Below are positions 38,860 to 50,666 of a stretch of DNA of 64,000 nucleotides, piece by piece. Both the position numbers and the translations under genes were made by a program. The notes beneath the pieces are model-generated. The model had not been told where the DNA came from. It worked only from the letters and a program-made list of their open reading frames with translations, and did no database searches. Location of the stretch: contig OZ316898.1 of NCBI GenBank assembly GCA_973895155.1, positions 11,307,187 through 11,371,186 of the forward strand, given 5' to 3'. This DNA comes from Marsupella aquatica. Lineage: Eukaryota; Plantae; Marchantiophyta. The first letter of the stretch is position 1. Each line of letters opens with the position of its first letter.

Positions 38860-39680
38860 TCGAGCTGCTGGTGAAGAGCTTAGTACGTATAGGACTGGTA
38901 AATTGTAGACCTGAACCTGGCCTAGTATGGACTCAGAGTCCTTCCAGGGATTCGTCGCTCTTCAATCCCCGACACGACCGGGGACACGACAGTGCTAGCC
39001 AGCACACAGACGCCGGAGTACTGACTGTCCTCGGTGCAGGATGAAGTTGGAGGCCTTTTCCCGCACCACGAAACAGCTGCAGATGTTTCAGATCCGAATC
39101 TCCAGGCAGATAATAAGATTACGTTCTAACGTTGGAAAGCTACAGTGGATCAGATCCTGTCTAGCCTGTCTACTGTGACAACAATCTATCTGCGGTCTGA
39201 TATTATGTAGATCAGAGTCTATTTTGATATAAGGACTCATTGAATGAGAAACAGATCAGGTCACTAGCGAGTATGTATTTGCCGGAATGAGAAATGATCG
39301 AAATGTTTCGATGAATGACTTATGGTCAAGCCTCGGGAGAACAATTCAATGACGATTAATTATCTGTGCAGGTGAGAAGGAAGGACGGGGACTAGTGGAT
39401 CTCAGTGGCGCATCGAGAAGAAGCTTTCGTGATCAATCTAGCTGACATGCTGCAGGTGCACGTGGAGCAATGCTAAGTATCACAGCATCGAACAGCGTAC
39501 GTACGTGTGGTGTTGTATGAAAACAGAGAGCTTCTCGTTTCCTCTTCGAGAGCCCTTCACCACGGCTTGGATAGAGCCATTGAAGAAGTTGGTGGATGAG
39601 CAGCACCCGAAAAGTACAGAGGCTACTACTGGGGTTTGTTCCACAGGATCGCAACTTCAAGACACTCCCCCTCAGTCGAA
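38860..39680 (+). pseudogene. 2-oxoglutarate/Fe(II) dioxygenase (DOXC-type) pseudogene, C-terminal half
   Basis: HTDAGVLTVL(frameshift)VQDEVGGL at 39003-39057. After the AG at 39371: VRRKDGD*WISVAHREEAFVINLADMLQ, WSNAKYHSIEQR, IEPLKKLVDEQHP(frameshift)KYRGYYWG. Confidence 0.9.
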
Positions 39681-39922
39681 GCGAGGGTCAAGATTCAGAA
39701 TTTCGCACTCTCTAGAATTTCCAACGCTCACTCAAACGACTCTTCGACACTTCCCTTTTCCTCACCGTTGGTGCACATCTTAGAGTCGTCCGTACTTCTA
39801 AGAAGTTGCGGAGGGACAAAGGCGCATGCCACCATCAATGATGTCTACATCGATCACTGATTGACGCAATCGCGATACAAATCCATTCCCTCCGCCCATG
39901 GTTTGTTCGATCTTGAATACTT

Positions 39923-42900
39923 TTACTTTCTGTGCTCCCTCTCCATCTCTTCCAGCGTCTCAGGGAGACGTTGGTTGAGTGTTTCTGGTAGCCTGGTCGA
40001 GAGAGCTGCACCTCCCAAGGCCAAGACTCCAAAGATCACAAATGGAAAAGAAGGAGCAAAATGGCCAGCAACGACAATTAACGGAGCAATCACTGCTCCA
40101 ACTCCTGCAGCTTGAACAGCTAGTCCAAGGGCAGCATTTCTGACGACCGTGGGGAACAGCTCCGCGGTGTAGATGTAAATCAGGCTAAAGGCGCCTGCCA
40201 TGCCAAGCATGCCTAGCACTCCCCACATCAGCCTCAACACGCCCATGAGAAACTCGTCTGCACAATAGAAGCTTTTAATTTGTTAAACATAATTGCAGAA
40301 CAGTATATATATAACACTTCTCCGTGTCATGAAATTCGTCAATACCTCGCCTGAGTTTTTTGACTTGATGTGGGTAAATACTGCTTGAATGTACTCCGAC
40401 GACGATTTCACAATCGAACAAGCTACTGCGAGCTAAAACATGTAACGAAACATGTAGTTATTCAACCTCACGGTTTTGAGTGTCTCTGTAAGAATGGGAC
40501 AATTAGGACAAATGAACATCGCATTCTGAACATAACATTGAACGGCCAGCTAACTAACTCCATCGAGCATGCAACAGAGAAAACATACCATTACTATTGT
40601 CATCGTTAAGCTGCAAATTCGTACGATTGGAGCCCCCGTTAGAGCCCATTCTTTCCCCGAAGCCTCTCAATGAGTAACTGCCCTCCAGTCCATCTGTCTT
40701 GTCCATAATGAAGAAGAAGCTGCCACAGACACAGCAGACCCCGGATAGAGCCATGGCTGATACCAGCAGGGACTTCCTGCCCATCTTAGACAGTAGATAG
40801 GCGGTTCCAGCAAATGCGGGAATTTCAATAAGCCCATTCATGAAGACGCTTACGTACAGATTGAAGTTTAGATTGACGGCATTCAAACTGATGCCGTAGT
40901 AACACACTCCCGTGAAGAACCAGATGCAAACCATAATCAGCATTCTCCAGCGCGTCTCGGAAAATCTGAAGACATCGATGAGAGATCCCTCGTATTGGAC
41001 CTCGGGTTTTGAAGCTTGATCTTCTCCCAAGCTTAGTACCGAGCAGTTTTCTTGGGGTTCCTGAAAAATCACAGCAGACACATTTAACATATGCAATGAT
41101 GAAATAAGGATTCGAAACATGAGTATTTTGCCATTAGCTACACACCTGCAAACCAGACTCATCACGGATCGACAACTAAGGCAGCCAGAAGACTAACTAC
41201 GTGACTGGTTCGACACTATGCACCGGCTTTTACCTTCACTGCACTACCTGGATAAGTTTTATTTTGGTCCCAGTAACGCCGACATAATTATGACACAATC
41301 GCCATCGAGAACCAAAAGATCAATATGATCGACATCTGAACAACCTTCCAAATAGATCCTTGACTCCGCGATGACCATAAACCCTAAATTGCAGCAACTG
41401 CACTATGTTTGGCAGTGTACTTCCAAAACCTCAGTACGTTTCTATTTTAACTAACTAGAAACTAACAACCTCGCACCCATTAAGCTGTTGGATCGATCTC
41501 CAGTCTCTTAAAACAACGACTTAGAATCATTTACTTTGGTTTTCTGTTGTCCATTGACACGATGAGGCGCCCATAATTAGAAAGATAGTTGCTTTCAACG
41601 GAAGGGACACCGGTTAAAGAACAGAGAAGGAAGCGAGCTATTTTTCAAAGCTCGGCACATGGAAATGAACGGGGATTTTTAAATGGAGAATGTTTCCATC
41701 GGTCCCGTCAGCGATCCACTCAGGTTGGTCTTAAAGAATGGTCCTCTCCCGGGAAGAACAGAACGATGCCAAAATTACAGTCATGGTGACAATTGATGAC
41801 CCTCCGTGGACATATATGTTCAACATCATGAGGCGGCAGGGGATGTGTGTAGAGATGTTACAAGAAATCTGAGGAAGGATGATCAAATGATAACTAATAG
41901 AAACATATGCTAGGCTCCGAACTCAAACACATAGTTGCATCGCCAGTCGAGGTAGGAAGCCTCATCTTCTTCCTACGTACATGTCGTTCGGCTTGAGCGT
42001 CTCTCTGTTGCTGATCGCATTCCAAGCGAAGGTGAAGCCTCGCGGGCAGCTCCTTTCCGTTCCAACTCGCTATAGATCTCATGACCTTCATCGCCTCTTC
42101 AGATCGGCCCTTCACGAGATACCATCGAGGGGACTCCCAGAGAAACGGCAGGACCAAAAAGCAGTACACGATTCCAGGAACTGCGGTGGACAAGTAGAGC
42201 ACCCTCCAAGACGTCGAGTAGTAGCCAAATAACGGAAGGATCATGATTCCTCCTGTAAAGAAGTAGAAGGTTGCCATTCCTACCATTCCTCGCTTACTGG
42301 GGCCTACGATCTCTGTGGCGAGGACGAAGGAGCAGACTCCGATACTTCCGCAATTCAGTCCTGTCATGAATCTTAGTGAGACATAGATCCAGTAGGAGGG
42401 GGAGAAGGCTGTGAAGAGCCCCAGGGAGACTGTCGTCAAGCACGAAAGAGCCACTGTTCCCTTCCTCCCTAAAAACGAGTCTGACAGACTTCCATATATT
42501 CCAGCACCTGCATGCACACATTTCGGACATACACACAACGTTACGCAAAGGATCATGCGAACGCATTCGATCATGAAGTTCGACAGCACCGGGGACAGTG
42601 CTAAGTTCCCAATGCCCAATGTGATTGAGCTAAGTGACAGAAAAAGGCTAAGTGACTGTAGTGCTTAGTTCTCAATGCCCAGTGATTGAGCAGATTAACA
42701 GAAAAAGGCAATTCGAAATGAGTCCACAGGGAGCTTTAGGATCGGAGCAGTCTTCGACATAATTATGAAAGAAACACTCTCAGAATTTTCAATGAGATTT
42801 TGGGTAGAGCGACGCCAAATGTAGAACGGTAGTGGCAGATGCTTCTTACCGCAGAGCACACCGATGAAGAACAAAGAAGCAGCCAGTCCAGCTTTGTACT

Positions 42901-43321
42901 CTTCTGCACAGATGAGGCCCCACTCGGAAACCGTCGATCGGGTATGCCTCCCAACCCATTCCCATGTGCTAGGGTCCAATTCGCAAAGCGATGAGGCTGC
43001 TGTGCACACCACCGGAGCCAAGATCATACTGGTGTCGTTGAGTCCCCCGCCGAATACATGTGTGTCGATTTGCGACTTGCATTGCCACTCAGGCACACGA
43101 TCACCGAATATCATCACCATAGTGTGCAGGGCATCTACGGTCCATGCGAAACTCACCAGCACAAAATGCCAGAACTGAGCAAACCCGAATTCCCCAACAT
43201 GCTTCACCAACATGTCGTCCACGGACATATATATCTTGCCGTCATCGGTACTGGCGTCACGTTCCGGGTCCTCGACGTGAGAATTGATCAGTCGTTCCAG
43301 CAACTGGGAATTCGACTCCAT
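39923..43321 (-). CDS. Organic cation/carnitine transporter (MFS, SLC22/OCT-like). Exons 43321-42850, 42507-~41981, 41060-~40589, 40257-39923
   Basis: Motifs HVGEFGFAQ, STVSEWGLIC, LSDSFLGRK, ESPRWYLVKGR, YYGISLN, IYTAELFPTVVRN and LPET. Two donor sites are approximate. Confidence 0.93.
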
Positions 43322-44020
43322 CGCTCGCTGGACCTAGTATCCTGACGAAGTTTCCAGCCAGGGAGGATGCTACTCCGCACGCAGAGAGAGATCTTTTCAG
43401 TTCTTCAATCTCGCAGTGCTTCCCGTCGTCTTACGGACTAGTATATATGCAATTTCTTCCTCGATCGATCATCGTCAACTCACTCTTCTACAAGAAGCGA
43501 CCCACTTCTTTCATGATTGGCTGAACCTCAATTTGATGGGCAGGTTACGATTTGCCCGTCTTTGATGTAATTAGACAGAGTGATTACATTCCAAGCCAGG
43601 TGCCAATTCATTTATTCTTGGTCCAGTTGATCTCACGCCAGGTGCCAATCATTGATTCGTTGTCTAACTGGTTTCGGTGGCCATTCATATCAGTCTCTAC
43701 CCAATCCATGCTTTCCATTAGCACCCCTAACTTTAGTTAACCCGAGAGTTACCATCTTACTGGACTCTTTACTTTAGAAAATAGGCTTTGTAGGGCTGAA
43801 AAGGCATGGCTGAGTGGTAGCTCACTGGCATAGGGTCTCATAGCTCTTGGGTTCAGGGGTTATGGCTGAGTCTCATAGATCTAGTGTTAAAATGTAATTG
43901 GAACTGGCCTCTGAGCTTGTGAATGTGTGAATACTCAGTTGAGTCCGTTGCCCCTCAACTTAGTAATCAAAATGAACTTATAATTTTCATAAGGTTAGAC
44001 GATTTGAATTCAAACATCCA

Positions 44021-44650
44021 CTAGTTCAATACCAGTGCGTTGCACAAAATATGTCCTGACGCCCAAGATGTTGGGATGTGAAAAATGTCGTGAAGTAAAA
44101 AGATGTCATTAAGAAAAAAAAAGTGATGCCCAAGATGTTGTTATATGAAACATGTCATGAAGTGAAAAGATATTGTTAAAAAAAAAAAGTCATTCTGCCA
44201 AAGATGTTGTAAAGAAAATGAAATCATTTTGCCAAAGATGTGATTATGTGAAAGACTGATGTCATCAAGTAAAATGATGTAGTCAAGTACAAAGATGTTG
44301 TTAACAAAAAGAAGTTTCACCAAAAATGTAGTTATATGAAAGATGTCATGAAGTAAAAAGATGGAGGTATTTGTTTGATGGGACCCCAAAATGAAAAGTT
44401 TTACTTGATAGGACCCTTGAAGTTTTAGGTGCATTGATTTAAGGTCAATCAACCGTCCTGATCACTCAGGTCCTATGAAGTAAAACTTTTCATATTGAGG
44501 ACAGTCCCATCAAGCAAATACCTCCAAAAAGATGTTGTGGCGCCAAAAAGGGTAGTTATGTGAAAGATACCATGAAATAAAAAGATGATGTCAAGTAAAG
44601 GTGTGCCCCTTGTCCAACACCTTGTCATCAATGCCCATGCCATGATCTTT
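44021..44650 (-). mobile_element. Non-autonomous Helitron remnant (3' end at 44021)
   Basis: The minus strand reads gtgcaacgcac-tggtattgaa-CTAG|t (hairpin, CTAG, then T). It adjoins degenerate aaagatgt repeats like those of the 56500-57945 element. The 5' end was not located. Confidence 0.72.
44363..44525. mobile_element. 163 bp foldback MITE nested in the Helitron remnant
   Basis: TIRs ggaggtatttg(t/c)ttgatggga...tcccatcaagcaaatacctcc, with inner pairing atgaaaagttttactt/aagtaaaacttttcat. An 8 bp TSD aaaaagat sits at 44355-44362 and 44526-44533. Confidence 0.9.
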
Positions 44651-47600
44651 CGTACGTCTTTGGACCTTATGTTTTTTATTTTTTGGCAGTGAAAATGACA
44701 CCAAAAAATGAATATTAAAAATCACCCAAATATTGGAACAATAGTTTTTTATGTGATTAGTATGTAGTCACCTTATTGACTAAAGTGGCATCTGCAATAA
44801 GTAGCATCTGCAATCTAACTCCTCCAAGTATTACACAAAACTATGCAATATTATCTATTGAGTATGTACAGTACTTCCTTCCTTGCATTGATCATGGAGA
44901 GAAGATACTCATTGATATTCACTCTATAACAATGGTGTGACTCTTTTCTATTCACACTAAATTCACTTTTTGGCTTTATTCTTTCTCTGACAGGATTTCT
45001 CATTTCTGTGCCCTGCAAATTTGAATTATTAACACTTCAAAAATGGCGCAACTCTTTATTATAGGAGTTCATATTGCTTTTGTCAGTTTTGTGTGAAGAA
45101 TAATGTGAATTCTCAAACCACTCAATCAAACTAAACTGATTCTCTAGATGATAGTTGGGCTTTGAAAAAGATCAATTGTGAAATATCCATGAAGTCTTGA
45201 GTTCTTATCTCCAATTTGAGTATAAAGTGGATTTCAAAAGGCAAGGTTTTTGCAACAAAATAAGAAACTTGAAACTAAGGCAACTTATGGTCTTCTCTCC
45301 AACCTCCTGAAGGACCTGTAACAAGTAAATTGAAATAGAATGGTATTTGACGGCACATTAAATAAAATCAACAATACATTAGTGCACCTCAGCCTTTTAG
45401 AGGGCCTTACACTAGCCCGTCCCATTCCCCAATGCGCAAGAAGTCCGCTCTGGCCCGATCAAGTTTGGTTTGTGTTGTGAAACCTTCACTTTTCGTGACC
45501 CCAATCTGTCAATAGTAGTTTGTCACCCAAAGAGTATTCTCTTCCGACATTGTTTGACAGTTCCATCGATTGTGGAAACTCAAAATGAACGGTTGGAGGG
45601 TTTAGGGTCTAGGGAAGTGAAGATCGTTGAAGCATTCTAGCTCTCTGTGTGTCTCGGTACATCAACACGTGGTTGAGTTCGCCAGAAGTAATCACAACCA
45701 GCCGATAAAATTTTAGCGGAATTTGGATTTTTCTTTTTCTCTCTCCTTACGTGGGGCTGTCAGTAGATTTGTGGGTCAATACGAGCCACGCAGTATTGCT
45801 CACAGGAGCTCTTGACCAGTAAGTGACAAGGGGTCTAGCCTCGGTCAGCTCTATGCTCTAGTCGGACGTCAAATTGCGATGAGCTCTTCAGCTTCTTTCT
45901 CTGTGGCTTCAATTTCGTTGTCGACAAGCTACTCCTCCTGGTCGGGATAAGTCTCAATTCCTTCTACCTGCTCCCGTTCGTTCGGGTCGACACAGTCACC
46001 TAACTGCAACCAAAAGCTATTCACCTTCTCACTAACTTTGCAAATCAATGATTCTGCGGATCAGCTGATAGATCTAATGTCGACTGAATGTTGTCGAGCT
46101 CCAACTGTCAAAGATCAATAAGATAGCTTGCACATACTGTTGCAGGACACAAGCTCGATCAAGAAAGCCTTGATTTGCAACTTTAAAGAACTACAAATAT
46201 TATTGTTGGTCCGAGTGTTGGTCATTTTCTTCAACAATGCGCAAAAAGGTCACATCAATTTGGTCGGAAAGCACATACTTTCGCTTTCGAACCAATGACT
46301 CGGCCGGCCCGTTTGGAATCTATCTGCCAATTACTGAGAGTTCTCAGCAAAACGTAACATTTGAGGCATTGGAACAGTCACAGCCAAAGAGTCACAATTA
46401 AGCAAGCTCGTGGTGATGGGACTCTGTATTCGTATCCTGAAGCCTAAGGTTACTCCTGATTTGGAAAGGGATGACTACATGTATGAGAAATCTCGATGAC
46501 GATCTTGATCTCTATTTGATACAGCTGGAGAGTAAAGGAGATAAGATTTGGATGCAGCCTCGCGGTGAGGGGTGTCCTTCCAGGCAATGGAATGCTTCGT
46601 TGGGTCTTGTTCCAACGAAGATTATTTTCATGACAAAATTTGCTCCATAAAACAAATGCAACAAGTGCCACATTGATTACCTATTGATTAAGTAAAGCTG
46701 TTTTGACCCTTTCAGTAGCGCTTCTAAGGTGATCATCAGAAGGGAACCTCGAGGTTGCGCAATCTAGGCGCTCATAGAAAGATTTTTCAGCAAAGATTGG
46801 GCACGTTCAACTTTTTCTGTGCATCGATATCAAGTTAACTATTTCACGAGGAAGTCGACTCGTGTAGTTAATTTGCTGCTGATAAGTGATAAAATTCGTC
46901 AGTTTTAAGGAGGTATCCCCATGCACCACGTGTTTTTTAAATTACTATTCAAGCAGTACTGTAGTCACTGCAAATGCAGTTACAGCTCATTATTAGGGCC
47001 ATTTATCGCAAAGAAGTTAGCAATAGATCCCCGGCCAGTGCCAGGCAAGCGGTTTTTTCTAATTTGGCTGGGTCGGTAAAGACATCAAGCTCCAATATGA
47101 GAGTGGAAATAGATACTCTTAAATCCCTTGAACACGATAGACGTTTGACAAGTTTTGAGACTTCCACGCTTTTCAAACTGCTGGGTTCATGGCAGACCTT
47201 GAAAACTTGCACGCTATGTATTACCCCGTGTATTACGTAGTCTAGAGTACTACTTCGGAGTTTACTTACCCCAAGCCAGCAAGTAGACTTCAACCTGCTA
47301 ATCTCTTGGTACCCAAAAACCGTCTTGTCCCCTTTGTTCTTTGGCCAAAGTTGAAATGCCCGGCAGGAGGGTTCGCCAGGTATACATGTGGGTCAGCGGA
47401 GGCGCAGTACGTTCTGCAGACCATAGTGGATGGAAAGATGTAACAGCCGGTTGAGGAGCAGTGATGGTCGACTTGGTGCTGGATTGAGGTGTCGCCAGAT
47501 AGAGATCCCGTAGGAACTACGCGTGGTGCACTGGGTCGCTAAGGTGAGGAAGAGATTTTTTGCGTGAATGACTACACTACTGAGTCTTATGGCGTAATAA

Positions 47601-47761
47601 GAATTTCCGTGAACGAAGTCCTGCTGTAGTTTCTTTTCGGCCTATACAATACAATGGAGCGCTAAAGCCTGTCGAGGAAGACCAAGCCATTCCAGGCCAA
47701 AACGAACTTAGTATGGCTGCAAACTTGCAATTAAGGTAAATAATTCATTGTTCCTATTAAG

Positions 47762-48055
47762 GAAAATTCGACTTGTTCCCATGAAATTCGAATCGAACAT
47801 TCACTCAAAATGGAACAAAATTGTATTAGAATAAAACAATGATGAAATTCTAAACTTTTCAACGAGCCTTTCATATAGGCAGGTACGTCTGCGGGATGAG
47901 AATCAGACTATCACCTTCTTATTCTAACTTACGCATTTGAATGTACATTAATTTCGCTGATTGTAATGAGCCTATCATTGTTTTATTCTAATACAATTTT
48001 GTTTCATTTGGAGTGAGTGTTCGATTCGAATTTCATGGGAACAAGTCGAATTTTC
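47762..48055. mobile_element. MITE-like inverted repeat, with 82 bp arms (47762-47843 and 47974-48055)
   Basis: gaaaattcgacttgttcccatgaaattcgaatcgaaca... pairs with its reverse complement with few mismatches. No TSD was found. Confidence 0.8.
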
Positions 48056-48439
48056 AAAGCCATAAGAAACACTGATGACACAGACTAGATCTCTTGGCAC
48101 TATGAGGCTTCTGGACCCTAAGCTTTGTTGTCTTGCTGGATTCGCATGTAGGTGGGCTGTGTGCTCGGTTCTGGTTTTTGCTGACTGGCCTGGTCTTTGG
48201 TCTGTTTGTTTGTTTGCCCTCCCCTTGGGGCTTTTTGGAGGGGAACCAAATTTTATAAAAATGTTCCCATTCCAAGAAAGGAGAGTCTATCCTCTCCTCT
48301 GTTGGATGGGCCTGCTTTCTGTTTTCAAGGCAAAAAAAACGTCACCCCTAATGACCTATGAGCCAAAATAACGGCTCCCCAAAAGGATTTCCTTTTTTCC
48401 CAACGAATCTGACGAGTGTCGTTCCCCAACATGAAAGTG

Positions 48440-48723
48440 GGGCATTTTTTAAGCCTCTCATTATTTATTTGCATGCGATCCGTAACGCCACTGACATTGG
48501 TTTCAAATTTCAGAGCACGTTCTCTCGCCTTTCATGGGCAATTTTTTAAGCCTCTCAATATTTTTTTGCATTCGATCCGTAACGCCACTGACTTTGGTTT
48601 CAAATTTCAGAGCACGTTCTCTCGCCTTTCATGGGCAATTTTTTAAGCCTCTCAATATTTATTTGCATTCGATCCGTAACGCCACTGACTTTGGTTTCAA
48701 ATTTCAGAGCACGTTCTCTCGCC
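48440..48723. repeat. Tandem repeat, ~3 x 97 bp, upstream of the VOC gene
   Basis: cgtaacgccactgac.ttggtttcaaatttcagagcacgttctctcgcc occurs at 48481, 48578 and 48675. Confidence 0.96.
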
Positions 48724-49181
48724 ATTGGTCAGCTTGAAGTACTCTCATTTTCTGCCCAAGGGCCCCACTGGTCAGCTTGAATTACTACTCATTCTCTGCC
48801 CGATGCTTCATGATGCATTCTCCTTCCGTGTGGTCGAGGGAATAGGGAGCCGCTGGCTTCCGACTTCCGAGATAGGTACGGTAGGTGCCTACAAGCGAAG
48901 GAGCGAGTGATGAACTTATCGGCTCCTTCAGTAATCGTCTCCACATCTTTGACGGAAGGTCGTTTACTTCCCTCTCATCAAAGATAAACATTCTTACCAT
49001 TATCGTCAGCGAGCCCTACTAACCAAACGTCTGGAGCACGAAAGTACACGAAAGAAATCCGCATGTTACATCGTGGTCAGCGCTGCAGGTGATCAGAAAG
49101 GTGCGGGAATCAATCAGTCAATCAATCAATCAATCGAGGCTTTGCAAACGGAGTACAGTCTGTAGTAGGCTTTCAAGCAGA

Positions 49182-49607
49182 ATGAGCGAGTATCCGCCAG
49201 AGAGCCAACTGGTGTGCGAATGGTACACACCGTCGCTCTTGAAGACGCTTGATTTCTTGAAATCATTCGGCTTCGTCGTGCTCCGTGAAGAGGAGGCCCA
49301 TTTCGCCGAGCTGGCGTGGGGATCGTCCAAGAGCCGGCTCATGGTGGAGCAAATGGAAGGGTTCGTCGTCCTTGACGAAGATGAAAGCAACAAATCCAAG
49401 TTTGGGTGGCGTGGGTATGTGGGAAACATTCGGGTGATGGTGCCGGATGTGGACTCAGTGTATCAGGTTGCGTTGCAGACCGAAGGAGCGACAATTCTGA
49501 AGGGGCTAGAGAATCGGTACTACTCCCTTCGTGATTTCACGGTCGGCGGGCCTTTCGGCATTGCTCTTCGCTTCGCCACTCCGCTTCCGGGGTTCAATGA
49601 ATCTTAA
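49182..49607 (+). CDS. Intronless VOC/glyoxalase/bleomycin-resistance family protein (141 aa)
   Basis: Motifs LDFLKSFGF, FAELAWG, NIRVMVPDVDSVYQVA...GATILKGLENRYYSLRDFTVGGPFGIALRF give the beta-alpha-beta-beta-beta VOC pattern. First ATG is at 49182. Confidence 0.88.
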   Translation: MSEYPPESQLVCEWYTPSLLKTLDFLKSFGFVVLREEEAHFAELAWGSSKSRLMVEQMEGFVVLDEDESNKSKFGWRGYVGNIRVMVPDVDSVYQVALQTEGATILKGLENRYYSLRDFTVGGPFGIALRFATPLPGFNES

Positions 49608-50666
49608 CTACGGAGGATTTGACCACTGTAGAATGAATAACAAAATAGAATAGAAGTTTGGCTCGAAGGACCAGCTTCAGCGATGTTGATTCAGATTTGT
49701 CCACTTATCGTCGGTGACTATAAGTTGATTCAATATAATATTTCATCACTCATTCAAGTGAGGTTGATATTGACTGTTCCTGAGTAACAATCAAGTGTGA
49801 TAAGTGATTCATCATTCAATCACAGCCTTTCAATGCCGAGAAAAATTGTTTATATTGGGAAACTCCATCAATAAAAGTAAAATTGGCTTAAAATAATTGT
49901 GCCAGATGTGAGATAGATTGCTTTTCCCCTCAAAAGTATGATGATTCATCAATACAGCTAGCAACTACGCACCCACAGATCCATCATGGTGGTAGGAACA
50001 GTTTAGATATGAAGAGCATATCCTGAGAGTTTTGTTACGTTTGCAACATGCAGAACTTCTTACTGGTACATCCAAAAGGGCCCCATAAGTCAAGTCCCTT
50101 CAATGACTCTAACTGGCACTCATATTTCCACCTGACGATCTATGACGAGGTTCAAAATCGATGAAAACCTGCCTCTTGTGGACGAAGTCATGTCTACATA
50201 TTATGAAAGAGACCTGCCTGTCTTGAAAAGGTAACATATTATTTCAGTTACCACACAAATGATAGTGGTTGCGTGAAAATGCCTTTTCCATTCGTCACCT
50301 AGTATACACTCATGGATACCTTATATCAAGCATTCCAGGAAAGTATGAGCATATGTCTAATCAATAAGGCCAACGCTTCCTCTGCTTCCAAAAGAACCGC
50401 GCACTAAATTTACAGCAGCGGTGCTAAGAAACATTTGTACAGATTGCCTCCAGATTTCCAGAGTTGTTGACGGGCGGCAGCAATTTACAAAGGAAACACT
50501 ATTTGAAGCCGTGTGTCTCTAGATGCTCGTTAACAGACAAAACTTACCAGAATTGCTAATCTGTGCACTTGTCTAACTGGCTGGGCTTGATGTGTTTTCA
50601 AGCAGAAATAATGAAATTGACTACAATTTACATTTTGCAGAAATCTTCATGTCCACAGCAGTTTAA

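Noticed and set aside
43807-43860. tRNA or tRNA-derived SINE (A-box-like tggctgagtgg, ggttc downstream)
   Set aside because: The B-box is poor, and there is no cloverleaf, tail or TSD.
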